Positions 19,901 to 27,559 of a stretch of DNA of 64,000 nt are shown here, one piece after another. The DNA lies in the IMG/VR virus record IMGVR_UViG_3300044638_007692, positions 1 to 64,000 of that record; one strand, given 5' to 3'. The position numbers were made by a program, and so were the translations under genes. The stretch is from an uncultured virus (IMG/VR IMGVR_UViG_3300044638_007692). Its lineage: Duplodnaviria; Heunggongvirae; Uroviricota; Caudoviricetes. Each line of letters starts with the position of its first letter. Within the stretch, counting starts at the first letter, position 1. A model generated the notes under the pieces. It searched no databases, had not been told where the DNA came from, and saw only the letters and a list, made by a program, of their open reading frames with translations.

Positions 19901-20685
19901 CTGGATTCTGGGGTTGGATTTTTGACCTTCTTGGAACACTCTTTACCAATATTGGTAACTGGTTTGCAAACACTCTTGTTCCATTCTTATTAGGAATTCC
20001 TAAGAGATATATAACTCTTGTAGCTGGATTCTGGGGATGGATTATTGATCTTCTTGGTAAGGCATTTACTGGAATTAGTGATTTCTTTGCAAAAACTATA
20101 CTCCCATTTATTACTGGAATTCCTAAGAGATTCATCGACGGAGCTGGCAAGCTTTGGGACTTCATGAGTGGTGGAGTGAAAACAGCATGGACTGCTGTAA
20201 CTGATTTCTTTACAAAAGACATACCAGCATTCTTAAGAGGTCTTCCAAAGAAATTTACTGATAGTGCAGGAAACATTTTTGGATTCTTAAAGAGTGGACT
20301 AGAAGCTGCATGGACTTCAGCAAAGTCTTGGTGGAACAGCAACATTGCTGGAAAGGGTTTCACCCTTGGTGGATTTAAAGTTGGAAGTTTCCAAGTTCCT
20401 AAGGTAGACATCAGAATTCCTCAACTTGCTCAAGGTGGAATTATTCCTGCGACACAAGGCGGTGTTCTTGCACAGCTTGCTGAAGCAGGTCGCCCAGAGC
20501 GTGTTGAACCTCTTGACCCAGATGGATTGTCAAAACGTGATAAGGCAATGATTTCCTTCTTAAGTGGAGGGGTTGGTAAGGGAGTAACTGTAAATGTTTA
20601 CCCATCCGCTGGTATGGATGAACGTGAACTTGCAAATCTTGTCTCACGTCAGCTTGCTTATCAAATGAGAAGGGGAGCTGCATAA
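16939..20685 (+). CDS. tape measure protein
   Basis: 1248 aa, SD AGGAGG; coiled-coil and hydrophobic Ala/Gly segments, Trp-periodic 41-aa repeats, C-terminal IPQLAQGGII...AEAGRPE. Confidence 0.9.
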   Translation: MAVVGEAHVIVRAITNRVRPDIQRAFEGLDGIGEDAGRNISDSFSRGLASGDRDRGGLFSAKFRREAEDARLGLQRLITTGYFLGPAITGLVGAVGALGGGLLTLGATASAVAAGGLVAVASTLGALGQAALTAKLAFAGVSKALSAGLKTQKASASNDKAIAAAKRRLADAQLKLKRLQDEAKPELLARLTQRQVEAEEDLANAKISASRSERAYRDSLEASNKATEQLNKAREDAKEKLQQLRFETEGAAISEKKARLEFIKARDALQRVQDLPPNSRARQEAELAFAEADLNLRKAIDRNKDLKKEEKAATAAGVEGSQEVKDAVIAQRNAREAAADSAIDYAKSIKAVADAEKAAENAKNEATNDPAKSKAIRDINRQIASAVRDVSDARKDLADAEKGPGVDAFNDALSDLSPEAQRFVKYLLSIQGEFKKLRAAAGKELFPKLETAIQNLVDNLFPKLIPLLQGTGGVLGDIAIDFSNTITEGTNLKNLETVWKNNDTLLRRVGKGANGFYGGLLALVAAAEPLIDKFGLWIQRLGETFDKTMKAKQATGELTEFFENINRISSGLGAAFKKGFGSLGDIIDNVIAPGGAADIFVKYLDTTFQKWKDFTQGGADNEKLTTFLNGLTTNFTKLLDLIGNIIGEAAKIGATPQFGVFVDKLNEAVDIFGSVGEELSGALPALGDVVVNFAKLVKVFTESGAITTFFKTLSSIFEVITKIFGSDIAQKVLAFVGGIFAVYRAFALVGGAARFVFKGFIGAILNVQKSFTNLKNFIKDPFGKLRQGSGLTRTELQKQMVIDKQKKAAMQGIYISGKQAATSLTTVGTASAGARTGMQKSTVAARIKAGALRGVAGAARLAGGALRLLGGPIGLLLLIVPLIISNWDKIVAFFKDFGPKVLRFFQEFGSKLGTWFSELFTKISAWFTETLVPFLISLPGRYIKLVAGFWLWIFDLLGNLFTKIGSWFMDTLVPFLVSLPGRYIKLVAGFWGWIFDLLGTLFTNIGNWFANTLVPFLLGIPKRYITLVAGFWGWIIDLLGKAFTGISDFFAKTILPFITGIPKRFIDGAGKLWDFMSGGVKTAWTAVTDFFTKDIPAFLRGLPKKFTDSAGNIFGFLKSGLEAAWTSAKSWWNSNIAGKGFTLGGFKVGSFQVPKVDIRIPQLAQGGIIPATQGGVLAQLAEAGRPERVEPLDPDGLSKRDKAMISFLSGGVGKGVTVNVYPSAGMDERELANLVSRQLAYQMRRGAA
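19712..20260 (+). repeat. 123-bp (41-aa) tandem repeats within the tape measure gene
   Basis: CCAGGACGATACATCAAACTTGTAGCTGG at 19753 and 19876, degenerate copy at 19999; unit WFTETLVPFLISLPGRYIKLVAGFWLWIFDLLGNLFTKIGS. Confidence 0.85.
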
Positions 20686-20686
20686 A

Positions 20687-23014
20687 ATGTCTGCTTACAC
20701 ACAAGGGCAAGAAAATTTTTATGTAGATCGTGGACTTACTCCATTACAACCTGACTACATTGAAAAATTAAAGCTTCAAGCCAACATTATTCTTGGTGAC
20801 TTTATTTTTAACTCAATTGATGATGATGGCGTTGTTTGGGTAGTCACTGATATTGAAGGCTGGTGGTCAATGCCTTCTGCAGAAATGCCTAATATTGCTC
20901 GAGGTTTTGGTGACGGTTCTTATGATGTTCAAGGACGTTATAACGCTCGAGAACTAGTTTTAAAAGGTGTATATCTGACTCAGAATCCTTCTCAGGTTGA
21001 ACCAGCTCGAGATAGGTTAGTTGCCGCTTGCGATTTAGTTTATAAAGGAACATGGTTAAAGACTGGTAATGACCCTATCCGTGCTTCTTGGGTTCGTCTA
21101 AGCGGTGACGTTCGTATTGAGACACGTAACTCTCGTGGAAGAACAGAGTTTGAAATTGGTCTTCGTGCTGCTGACCCAATTAAGTACTCTTGGAACGATG
21201 CAAGCCCTGACGGATATAACGTTGGTGAAATTCCTGTAAAGAATAATGAAATGGGATATAGCGGAATTGGTTCTGTTCAAAACATTGGAAACTATCCAGT
21301 CCCATGTATATTAGAAATTACAGGACCCTTGATATCTCCTGCTTCTATCTACAACAGAACTACAGACAAGCTCATCTTAGTTACTCAGTCGTTGAAGGGA
21401 AGTATTGTTCGAGCTATTGTAAACAAGCAGCTTGTTTTTGATACAACAAGACTTGTTGATGTGGCAACTCTTACAACCACAGCAAAGCATGACTTTAAAG
21501 CTGGAGATGAGATTTACATTTCAAACGTGGGATTCCCATTTGATGGTCAGCAATTAATTACTTCTACTCCAACAGACACCACTTTCACTTTTGAAACAGA
21601 GTCTGCAGTTATCACAGATGTCGTCACGAAGGCTTTACAGAACAGTGTTGCTAGATTAGAAACAGCGAACGCACATGGTTTTGGAGTTAATGACTCTATA
21701 ACTATTGCTGGGGTAGATAGTCTTTTTGATGGAACATATAAAATTACTGGTGTTCCAAATGACAACACTTTTACTTACGCAAGAACTCGCGTTCCCCCAA
21801 AATCAGTAACAGGAAAAGTAGTTGTCTCTAATATTGCAACTTTAACTACAGCAGACGAGCACCAATTTATTATTGGAGACACTGTAACTGTTACAAACAC
21901 AGGTATTCCTTTTGACGGTTCGTACACAATTACTGCAACAACTTCTAATACATTTAGCTATGCTGCAACTCGTACCAATGCTAAAGAAATTGTAAGTAAA
22001 CAGCTGCTTCTCAACATAGCAACCCTAGAAACTAGCGCTGCTCACGGATTTATTGTTGGGGAACTAGTTTCTATTACAAACGTTGATGCTTACTTCAATG
22101 GCACATACACAATTACAGAAATTCCAACACCTACTAGCTTTAAATTTAAGAAATCTTCTTCAAATGAAAGAGCTATTTCTATTAGGTCAGCATCGTCAAA
22201 CACTGTCATTCTAACTACTGGCACACCTCACAACTATGTTGTCGGTGAAAAAGTTGTAGTTTCTGGGGTGGACCCAAGCTATGACGGAACATTTACAATT
22301 ACAGCAGTTCCTAGTACAACAACATTTGCTTACTCAAAGAGTGTTGCAAATCTAATCCCTACCTCTGTAACAGCTGGCTTCGTCGAGCCTTCTTCACGAA
22401 AGGTGAAGTCCTACTCACGAACTGGAAACATTGTCACAGTGACTACAGTAAACGCTCATGGCCTATACACTGGAGCTGAACTTACTTTCTCTGGGACAAC
22501 ACCTTTTGGTGCTGGCGTTAGGTCAGTTGCTTCTGTTCTGACTGCAAATTCCTTTACTCTAGTTATCTCTGGAACAGATGTCCCAAATACCGAAGTTACA
22601 ACTGTGTTTATAGAGCTTCTTGGAATTGCTACAGCTGTTCCTGTCACGCCAAGTGGTATTGCAACAGTTTCTGGAAGCCTCCCATTTTCTGGGGCAAATG
22701 GAACAGCAAGCGTTTCTGACACTATTGCAAAAACTCTGGCAAGTGGAAAAGCTATTAAAAAGAATGACGTTATCTTTACTCCAGGTATTGCCAATGCAAC
22801 AGCTACTCTTAGTGCCGACGTATTAGAAATTGATACAAAAAACAGAGAAGTTGCCTTTAACGGTCAAGTTGACGGTGCTAGAGGAAGAATTGATGTTTTA
22901 GCTGATTTCATTGAGCTTGCACCAGGAAATAATGAAATAGAGTTTACCGACTCGGGTGATGTGAATGGAGATGCTAGCCTTCGCGTCTACTATAGATCTG
23001 GCTGGCTGGGATAA
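20687..23014 (+). CDS. distal tail protein (Dit) with six inserted E1-FCCH-like beta modules
   Basis: First gene after the TMP. Dit-like N-part (IEGWW...AADPIKYS...NIGNYPVP) and C-part (LEIDT...LAPGNNEI...YRSGW) are interrupted by (V/A)xLxTxxxHxF repeats. Confidence 0.75.
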   Translation: MSAYTQGQENFYVDRGLTPLQPDYIEKLKLQANIILGDFIFNSIDDDGVVWVVTDIEGWWSMPSAEMPNIARGFGDGSYDVQGRYNARELVLKGVYLTQNPSQVEPARDRLVAACDLVYKGTWLKTGNDPIRASWVRLSGDVRIETRNSRGRTEFEIGLRAADPIKYSWNDASPDGYNVGEIPVKNNEMGYSGIGSVQNIGNYPVPCILEITGPLISPASIYNRTTDKLILVTQSLKGSIVRAIVNKQLVFDTTRLVDVATLTTTAKHDFKAGDEIYISNVGFPFDGQQLITSTPTDTTFTFETESAVITDVVTKALQNSVARLETANAHGFGVNDSITIAGVDSLFDGTYKITGVPNDNTFTYARTRVPPKSVTGKVVVSNIATLTTADEHQFIIGDTVTVTNTGIPFDGSYTITATTSNTFSYAATRTNAKEIVSKQLLLNIATLETSAAHGFIVGELVSITNVDAYFNGTYTITEIPTPTSFKFKKSSSNERAISIRSASSNTVILTTGTPHNYVVGEKVVVSGVDPSYDGTFTITAVPSTTTFAYSKSVANLIPTSVTAGFVEPSSRKVKSYSRTGNIVTVTTVNAHGLYTGAELTFSGTTPFGAGVRSVASVLTANSFTLVISGTDVPNTEVTTVFIELLGIATAVPVTPSGIATVSGSLPFSGANGTASVSDTIAKTLASGKAIKKNDVIFTPGIANATATLSADVLEIDTKNREVAFNGQVDGARGRIDVLADFIELAPGNNEIEFTDSGDVNGDASLRVYYRSGWLG

Positions 23015-23028
23015 AAGGACTCCTATAA

Positions 23029-25062
23029 ATGACACTACAGACTAATGTCGAATACCGATACTATCTAACAGATTTGCTGACAAATACTGTTATTTCTGAA
23101 GTTCCTTTTAAAAATGTTTCCTATGAAAGAGTTAATAGAAAAGCTGGTGCTTTTTCTGGAACTATTCCATTTATTGAAACCACAAAAGCCCTTGACCTTT
23201 ATGAAGCAACTATGCCAGGTAGAACAGGTATTTACATTATGCGTAACGGGGTTTGCGTATGGGGCGGGATTATTTGGTCACGTCGATATGACGTAAGAAG
23301 TCAGGAGCTTTCAGTCGACGGCGCTGAGTTCGTCAGCTATCTCTATCATAGAAATATTTGGCAAACTATTGTTTATGGCTCCGAGTACATTGGAATTGCT
23401 GCATATTCTGTCTCTGGCGGAGTTGCAACAATAACTACTAAAGAACCCCACGGTTTTTCTGAAGACCAGTTTATAAAAATTACTACAGTAAACCCTGCTG
23501 TAAATGGTACTCATCAAATTACAAACATAACTGCTGCAAATCAATTTCAGTATTTAAGCACTTCTGCAAACACCTCTGGTACAAGCGATTCTGGTGCATG
23601 TAGATTACTTGCAGATACTTTTGATGTAGCTAGAGATTTAGTTTACAGAATTAATACAGATTTGGGTGGGGTTAATTTTGCAAATGAGGCAATTAGACCA
23701 GCTAAAGATTTTGACGTTCCAATCGTTAAAAAAGAGCGTTCAGCTAACGTAGTAACAATTACTACAGAAAAAGAACACGATATTATTGTTGGTCAAGAAG
23801 TATCTGTTTATGAAGTTGGCTCAGACTTGGATGGTACTCATTTTGTAACTGAAGTTCCTACATCAACAACTTTTAGATACGACTTGAACGGTCCAGATGT
23901 GCCCCCAAGCCCTGTAAGTGGTCTTCAAACATACAACGTAATTTCAAGATCCATGGGCAACATCTTTGGGCCTAATGGTGGAGGAACTGCAGAGCTAACT
24001 CTTGATAGAACTCATAACTCATTGGTTGGGTCTTCTGCTGTTGTTAAAGGTGTAGATTCATTTTTTACTGGTGTACTTGACACAACATATGATGGACGGC
24101 AAATAATTAGTGCTGTTCCAGCAGCAAATAAAATTAGATACGTTACTGGCTCGGTGCTTGCTGATTTTAAAGCAGTGGCTGGTGGAACTGTAACACTAGG
24201 TAGCAAAGTAAGTTACGGAGATTATGGAAGCTATCTTTCAAACTCAGATATTGGTATAGCTCTTGATAGCTCTATCAAAAGTGGTTATTATAGAGACACT
24301 CTTACTTTTCGAGGGTATCAAAATAAAACAGTTGGAGAAATTTTAGAAGAATACTCCAACTCTATAAATGGTCCATTTGAGTATCGAATTGATTGCGACT
24401 ATGACTACGATACTGCAAGCTTTACAAGAAAGTTTGAAGTGTTTTCTGCTGACTTAGAGTTTGAACCAGCAAATGGAGATTACTACACTGCAGAAGAGGT
24501 AGGTGCTGATCAAATAGTGTTTGAATACCCAGGAAACGTTCTTACATTTACTGTAGAAGAATCTGCAGAGGACTCGGCTACACGTTTCTTTGCAGTCGGT
24601 CGTATAGAAGATATGAATGACGATGCTAGCCAGCCTTACGCAGGTGCTGCTGTCCGCGGGTATCTTTCTAATACAGAAGGTAGGAGCTGGCCTCTTCTAG
24701 ATCAGGTAGAACAGGTAGATGAAATTGAAGATGAAGACTCACTCTATGAATATGCTCAGGATTATCTCTATGAAGCCTTACCTCCAATAGGCACTTACAA
24801 CATTCAGGTCAATGGTTCTCTATCGCCATTAATTGGCTCTTACAATCCAGGTGATTGGTGTTCAATAATTATTGATGATGAATTCGTACGTCAAAGACTT
24901 GGCAACGACCAAGAACCCAGAGATGACATTTTAATTAGAAAAATTGAGTCTTATAAAGTGTCTGTCCCAGATACTCCTACATTCCCAGAGACGGTAGATT
25001 TAGTTCTTATTCCTGATTGGAAAGTCGACAAAAAGAGGAAGATAAAGACAATTGGCGAGTAG
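23029..25062 (+). CDS. baseplate hub/minor tail protein (siphovirus Gp37-like) with three inserted beta modules
   Basis: YYLTDLLT...RNGVCVWGGIIW...FEYPGNV...WPLLD...YNPGDWC pattern of actinophage minor tail proteins. Confidence 0.7.
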   Translation: MTLQTNVEYRYYLTDLLTNTVISEVPFKNVSYERVNRKAGAFSGTIPFIETTKALDLYEATMPGRTGIYIMRNGVCVWGGIIWSRRYDVRSQELSVDGAEFVSYLYHRNIWQTIVYGSEYIGIAAYSVSGGVATITTKEPHGFSEDQFIKITTVNPAVNGTHQITNITAANQFQYLSTSANTSGTSDSGACRLLADTFDVARDLVYRINTDLGGVNFANEAIRPAKDFDVPIVKKERSANVVTITTEKEHDIIVGQEVSVYEVGSDLDGTHFVTEVPTSTTFRYDLNGPDVPPSPVSGLQTYNVISRSMGNIFGPNGGGTAELTLDRTHNSLVGSSAVVKGVDSFFTGVLDTTYDGRQIISAVPAANKIRYVTGSVLADFKAVAGGTVTLGSKVSYGDYGSYLSNSDIGIALDSSIKSGYYRDTLTFRGYQNKTVGEILEEYSNSINGPFEYRIDCDYDYDTASFTRKFEVFSADLEFEPANGDYYTAEEVGADQIVFEYPGNVLTFTVEESAEDSATRFFAVGRIEDMNDDASQPYAGAAVRGYLSNTEGRSWPLLDQVEQVDEIEDEDSLYEYAQDYLYEALPPIGTYNIQVNGSLSPLIGSYNPGDWCSIIIDDEFVRQRLGNDQEPRDDILIRKIESYKVSVPDTPTFPETVDLVLIPDWKVDKKRKIKTIGE

Positions 25063-26602
25063 AAGAAGAAGTAGAAATAGAACAATTACAGGTTCTATTT
25101 CCGATGTTCAACGCAGAATTAAATATCTAGAGGCTAGGCCATCTCCTTCTAGATTAGGTAACTTTGCTGTCGATGAAAACAATCTTGCCCCTAGAATTAT
25201 CAGCACAGATAAAATTCTAGCACAGGCAATCACTAGAGAGTTGGTTGCTGATTCTGCAATTAGTGAGGCTCAGCTTGCTATAGATTCAGTAAGTGCTGCA
25301 GAAATACAAACAGACGCAGTTGGTTCTGCAGAAATTGTGGAAAATGCTGTTACAACCAATGAGCTTTCTGTAGATGCCGTCTATCGAGAAAACATTCTCA
25401 CAGATGCAGTAGGAAACGATGAAATTGCCTCGGATGCAGTGACTTCTTCAGAAATAGCTCAAGATTCTGTAGGTTTTTCTGAGTTAGGTGTAGATGCAGC
25501 TGGAGCAGAGAATCTTCAAACAGATTCTGTAGGAAACAGCGAAATCTCTTCAGACGCCGTAGGTTCTGCAGAAATTACAGCAGACGCTGTAGGAACATCC
25601 GAAATTAATGTTGATGCTGTTGGTTCTTCAGAGATTGCTTTAGATGCTGTAGGAAACAGCGAGTTAGCCGCCAATGCAGTTGGCACAGAAAATGTTATTA
25701 GCGGTTCTATAACTGATGGTCTAATTGACGGTACCAGTGGAATTTCTGCCTCAAAAATTAGAGGAGCTCTAACTAATGCAACTATTGCTGGAGATAAAAT
25801 CACAGGAAATGTTGCAGCATCTCAAGTATCTGGAGTTTTATCAACAGGTAATATTCCATCACTTGGTGCATCTATTATTACCTCAGGAGAATTTGCTGCT
25901 GGACGAATTCCAGGTTTAGACGCTGGAAAAATTACTTCAGGAACATTAAATGTTACAAGAATTCCCAACCTAGATGCTGGAAAAATTACTTCAGGTATTT
26001 TTGCTGATGCTCGCATTCCGCAAGTTAGTGCGTCAAAAATTGATAGTGGTACTCTTGCTTTTGCCCGTCTTCCAGTTGGCACTGGTTCCAATCAAGTTGC
26101 TGTTGGAAACCACCAACACACTGGCGGGTCTGTACCAGCTCACACGCACACCGCAACTTTATTTATGAATAGCATGGCAATTACTGGTGGTGCACACGGT
26201 CACGTTGGTTCAAATGGTTCGCACATTCATGGTGTTACCCCTCAAGGTGGTGTCAGTATTGGAGGAGTAGTCCCATCTACATTAAAAGTAAAGCAAGATA
26301 TATCAGATTTTGTAGTTCAAGAACCAAAAAATATTTTAAATCTTAAAATTAAAAAATATAAATACAAGAATTCTGTTAGAGGGGTACAAAATAGATATAA
26401 TCGTGAATGGATGTATGGTTATATTGCTGAAGAAGTTCAGGATTTAGGTGTTGAACAAATCCTTTCATACGATAAGAATGGCGAGCCAGACGGTATTGAC
26501 TACGGACTTCTTTCAACACTCGTTATTGAACTACTAAAAACTCAACAATCTGAGATAGACTCTCTCAAGGAAGAGATTCAGAGACTGAAGGAAGTAATAT
26601 GA
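25052..26602 (+). CDS. tail fibre with 10-aa and 15-aa repeats, HxH motifs and C-terminal intramolecular chaperone (peptidase S74-like)
   Basis: DAVGSxEI-type repeats; IPxLDAGKITSG repeats; HQH/HTH/HGH/HIH; PSTLKVKQDI...YGYIAEEV...IDYGLL followed by a coiled coil. Confidence 0.8.
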   Translation: MASRRRSRNRTITGSISDVQRRIKYLEARPSPSRLGNFAVDENNLAPRIISTDKILAQAITRELVADSAISEAQLAIDSVSAAEIQTDAVGSAEIVENAVTTNELSVDAVYRENILTDAVGNDEIASDAVTSSEIAQDSVGFSELGVDAAGAENLQTDSVGNSEISSDAVGSAEITADAVGTSEINVDAVGSSEIALDAVGNSELAANAVGTENVISGSITDGLIDGTSGISASKIRGALTNATIAGDKITGNVAASQVSGVLSTGNIPSLGASIITSGEFAAGRIPGLDAGKITSGTLNVTRIPNLDAGKITSGIFADARIPQVSASKIDSGTLAFARLPVGTGSNQVAVGNHQHTGGSVPAHTHTATLFMNSMAITGGAHGHVGSNGSHIHGVTPQGGVSIGGVVPSTLKVKQDISDFVVQEPKNILNLKIKKYKYKNSVRGVQNRYNREWMYGYIAEEVQDLGVEQILSYDKNGEPDGIDYGLLSTLVIELLKTQQSEIDSLKEEIQRLKEVI

Positions 26603-27075
26603 TAGAATATCTTGCACAATATAACGGTGAAGACCGTCCGTATATCTGTAAAAAATTTACTGCATCTTCTTCTGAAGAAGTTCATACAGCTATCAACATA
26701 AATAACACTCAAGAAAGAGATGAACTTTCTGCAGAATTAATATACAACCACATGGATAATGTTGTTCAGTATATAACTGATGTTTCAAAAAATATAGAGC
26801 TTATTCAATTAAATGAAAATCCTGGTTTTGAGCCTTGGCCTATGCGCGGATGGGCAGAAATTGAATGGGCCAAAGAAGAATGCATTTTGTGGTGGTCTTA
26901 TATCTATTTTAAAGACAACCCTGCAGGAGCTACGGATATTGTAGTACCAATAGAAGAGCTTACTATTGAGCATACACATGATGAAGATTTACATACAGAA
27001 CAAGCTCAAGAAACATCTGATCTGTTGACATCTCTACAAGAGCAACAAAACTCTGGAGGGGGGACACAGCCATAA
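26599..27075 (+). CDS. hypothetical protein
   Basis: 158-aa ORF, ATGA overlap with the tail fibre gene. Confidence 0.65.
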   Translation: MIEYLAQYNGEDRPYICKKFTASSSEEVHTAININNTQERDELSAELIYNHMDNVVQYITDVSKNIELIQLNENPGFEPWPMRGWAEIEWAKEECILWWSYIYFKDNPAGATDIVVPIEELTIEHTHDEDLHTEQAQETSDLLTSLQEQQNSGGGTQP

Positions 27076-27545
27076 TGTATGAAGTAAAGGACGGTTCTCG
27101 TACCCTCCAATTTAGTGGTCGTCTTCTAGGCGATTCATCTTCATGGCGTCGCGGCTCCACGCGATGGATTGAGTTTAAGCTTTACAAGACTGAAAATGGT
27201 TCTTACATTCTTTCGAGAGTTGGAGTTTCTTTAGTTTTTCATGGAGCAGCTTGTCCTCTTGTAAAGAGATACGGGCTAGTTGAAGCTCCTTCAGATGAGC
27301 TAAAACCAGACTCCTTGCCATGCGAGGAGTGCTATCCAAGTAAAAACCTTCCTATCATTTTCCCTGAAAAAGACCGAACATGGGCTCAAGTTTCTGAAGA
27401 CCCAGAACCTGTGCTAGATGCTCTTTACAAATATGATGCTGGTGGGGCAAGATATCTAACTCACGTAGCCCAGCGGCTTTTGGAACAAGCAGCAAAGTAT
27501 GATGAAAAGATAGAATCAATCTATAGAATAGAGATGATTCCTTAG
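27075..27545 (+). CDS. hypothetical protein with HxxxC and CxxC motifs
   Basis: 156-aa ORF, TAATG coupling; RWIEFKLYKT...HGAAC...PCEEC. Confidence 0.7.
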   Translation: MYEVKDGSRTLQFSGRLLGDSSSWRRGSTRWIEFKLYKTENGSYILSRVGVSLVFHGAACPLVKRYGLVEAPSDELKPDSLPCEECYPSKNLPIIFPEKDRTWAQVSEDPEPVLDALYKYDAGGARYLTHVAQRLLEQAAKYDEKIESIYRIEMIP

Positions 27546-27559
27546 AAGAAAGATTGTAA

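Noticed and set aside
19377..20411. 344-aa antisense ORF inside the tape measure gene
   Set aside because: It mirrors the TMP repeats, has no SD or recognisable motif, and is explained by sense-strand codon bias
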